Shown one piece after another: positions 63,399-64,000 of a DNA stretch of 64,000 nucleotides. The notes under the pieces are model-generated. The model saw only the letters and a program-made list of their open reading frames with translations. It was not told the origin of the DNA and searched no databases. How positions within the stretch are numbered: the first letter of the stretch is position 1; every line of letters begins with the position of its first letter. Source of the stretch: an uncultured Sutterella sp. Lineage in GTDB: Bacteria > Pseudomonadota > Gammaproteobacteria > Burkholderiales > Burkholderiaceae_F. A program made the position numbers and the translations under genes. The stretch is taken from NCBI GenBank assembly GCA_905206345.1, contig CAJLGW010000001.1:27670-91669 (forward strand), read 5' to 3'.

Positions 63399-64000
63399 AT
63401 GTCCTGCTGTGTCACACCTCAATTAATGGCCAACGCTATTCGTGCTTTGGCGATGGATGGCGTTCAAAAGGCGAAGTCGGGTCACCCGGGTATGCCGATG
63501 GGGATGGCTGATATTGCCGTCGCTTTGTGGACGCGTCACTTGCACCACAATCCGTCAGATCCGAGTTGGTTGGGTCGCGATCGCTTCATTTTGAGTAACG
63601 GACACGGTTCCATGTTGCAATACGCATTGTTGCACTTGACCGGTTACGACTTATCAATTGATGATTTGAAGAATTTCCGTCAATGGCACAGCAAGACGCC
63701 GGGTCACCCCGAAGTGGATGTGACGCCGGGTGTTGAAACGACGACGGGGCCTTTGGGTCAAGGTATCGGTAATGCTGTTGGTATGGCTTTGGCAGAAAAG
63801 ATGTTGGCAGCTGAATTTAACCGCCCTGGTTTAGATGTGGTAAATAACTACACGTATTGCTTCTTGGGCGACGGTTGCTTGATGGAAGGCATCAGCCACG
63901 AAGTGTGCTCTTTGGCCGGTACGTGGAAATTGAATAAGTTGATCGTGATTTATGACGACAACGGCATTTCTATTGACGGTAAGGTGATTAACTGGTTCTC
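63399..64000 (+). CDS. tkt: Transketolase (5' part; runs off window)
   Basis: Manual translation: [48 protein letters not shown]. Confidence 0.97.
   Translation, partial: MSCCVTPQLMANAIRALAMDGVQKAKSGHPGMPMGMADIAVALWTRHLHHNPSDPSWLGRDRFILSNGHGSMLQYALLHLTGYDLSIDDLKNFRQWHSKTPGHPEVDVTPGVETTTGPLGQGIGNAVGMALAEKMLAAEFNRPGLDVVNNYTYCFLGDGCLMEGISHEVCSLAGTWKLNKLIVIYDDNGISIDGKVINWF

Overview
Core-genome window of a betaproteobacterium of moderate GC, probably Burkholderiales/Sutterellaceae-like (inferred from gene order and protein style, not from a search). From left to right it holds: a PagP-like gene running off the left edge, RNase P RNA, feoA-feoA-feoB with Fur boxes, mscS, an ADP-forming acyl-CoA synthetase, the dcw cluster (mraZ to lpxC, with fused murE-murF), secA, a Nudix gene, yacG-coaE, tRNA-Pro(CGG), ispB, a large PiT transporter with tandem Pho boxes, obgE-rpmA-rplU, rppH, proS, HU, ffh-ruvCAB-ybgC-tolQRA plus an orphan gene, ampD, yggT, accBC-prmA, mpl, an RNB nuclease, mgtE, rsmE and the start of tkt. 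I saw no mobile elements, CRISPR arrays or prophage. Two observations stand out. (1) A gene missing from the ORF track encodes an intact lipid A acyltransferase PagP barrel fused in frame to a second OmpW/OmpA-like beta-barrel. (2) The divisome looks remodelled: FtsZ lacks the canonical DIPAFLRK tail and has an Asn-to-Gly change in the T7 loop, FtsA has Glu at the FtsZ-binding Arg300 position, and zapD and tolB-pal are absent from their usual loci. All alignments were done by eye against remembered reference motifs.
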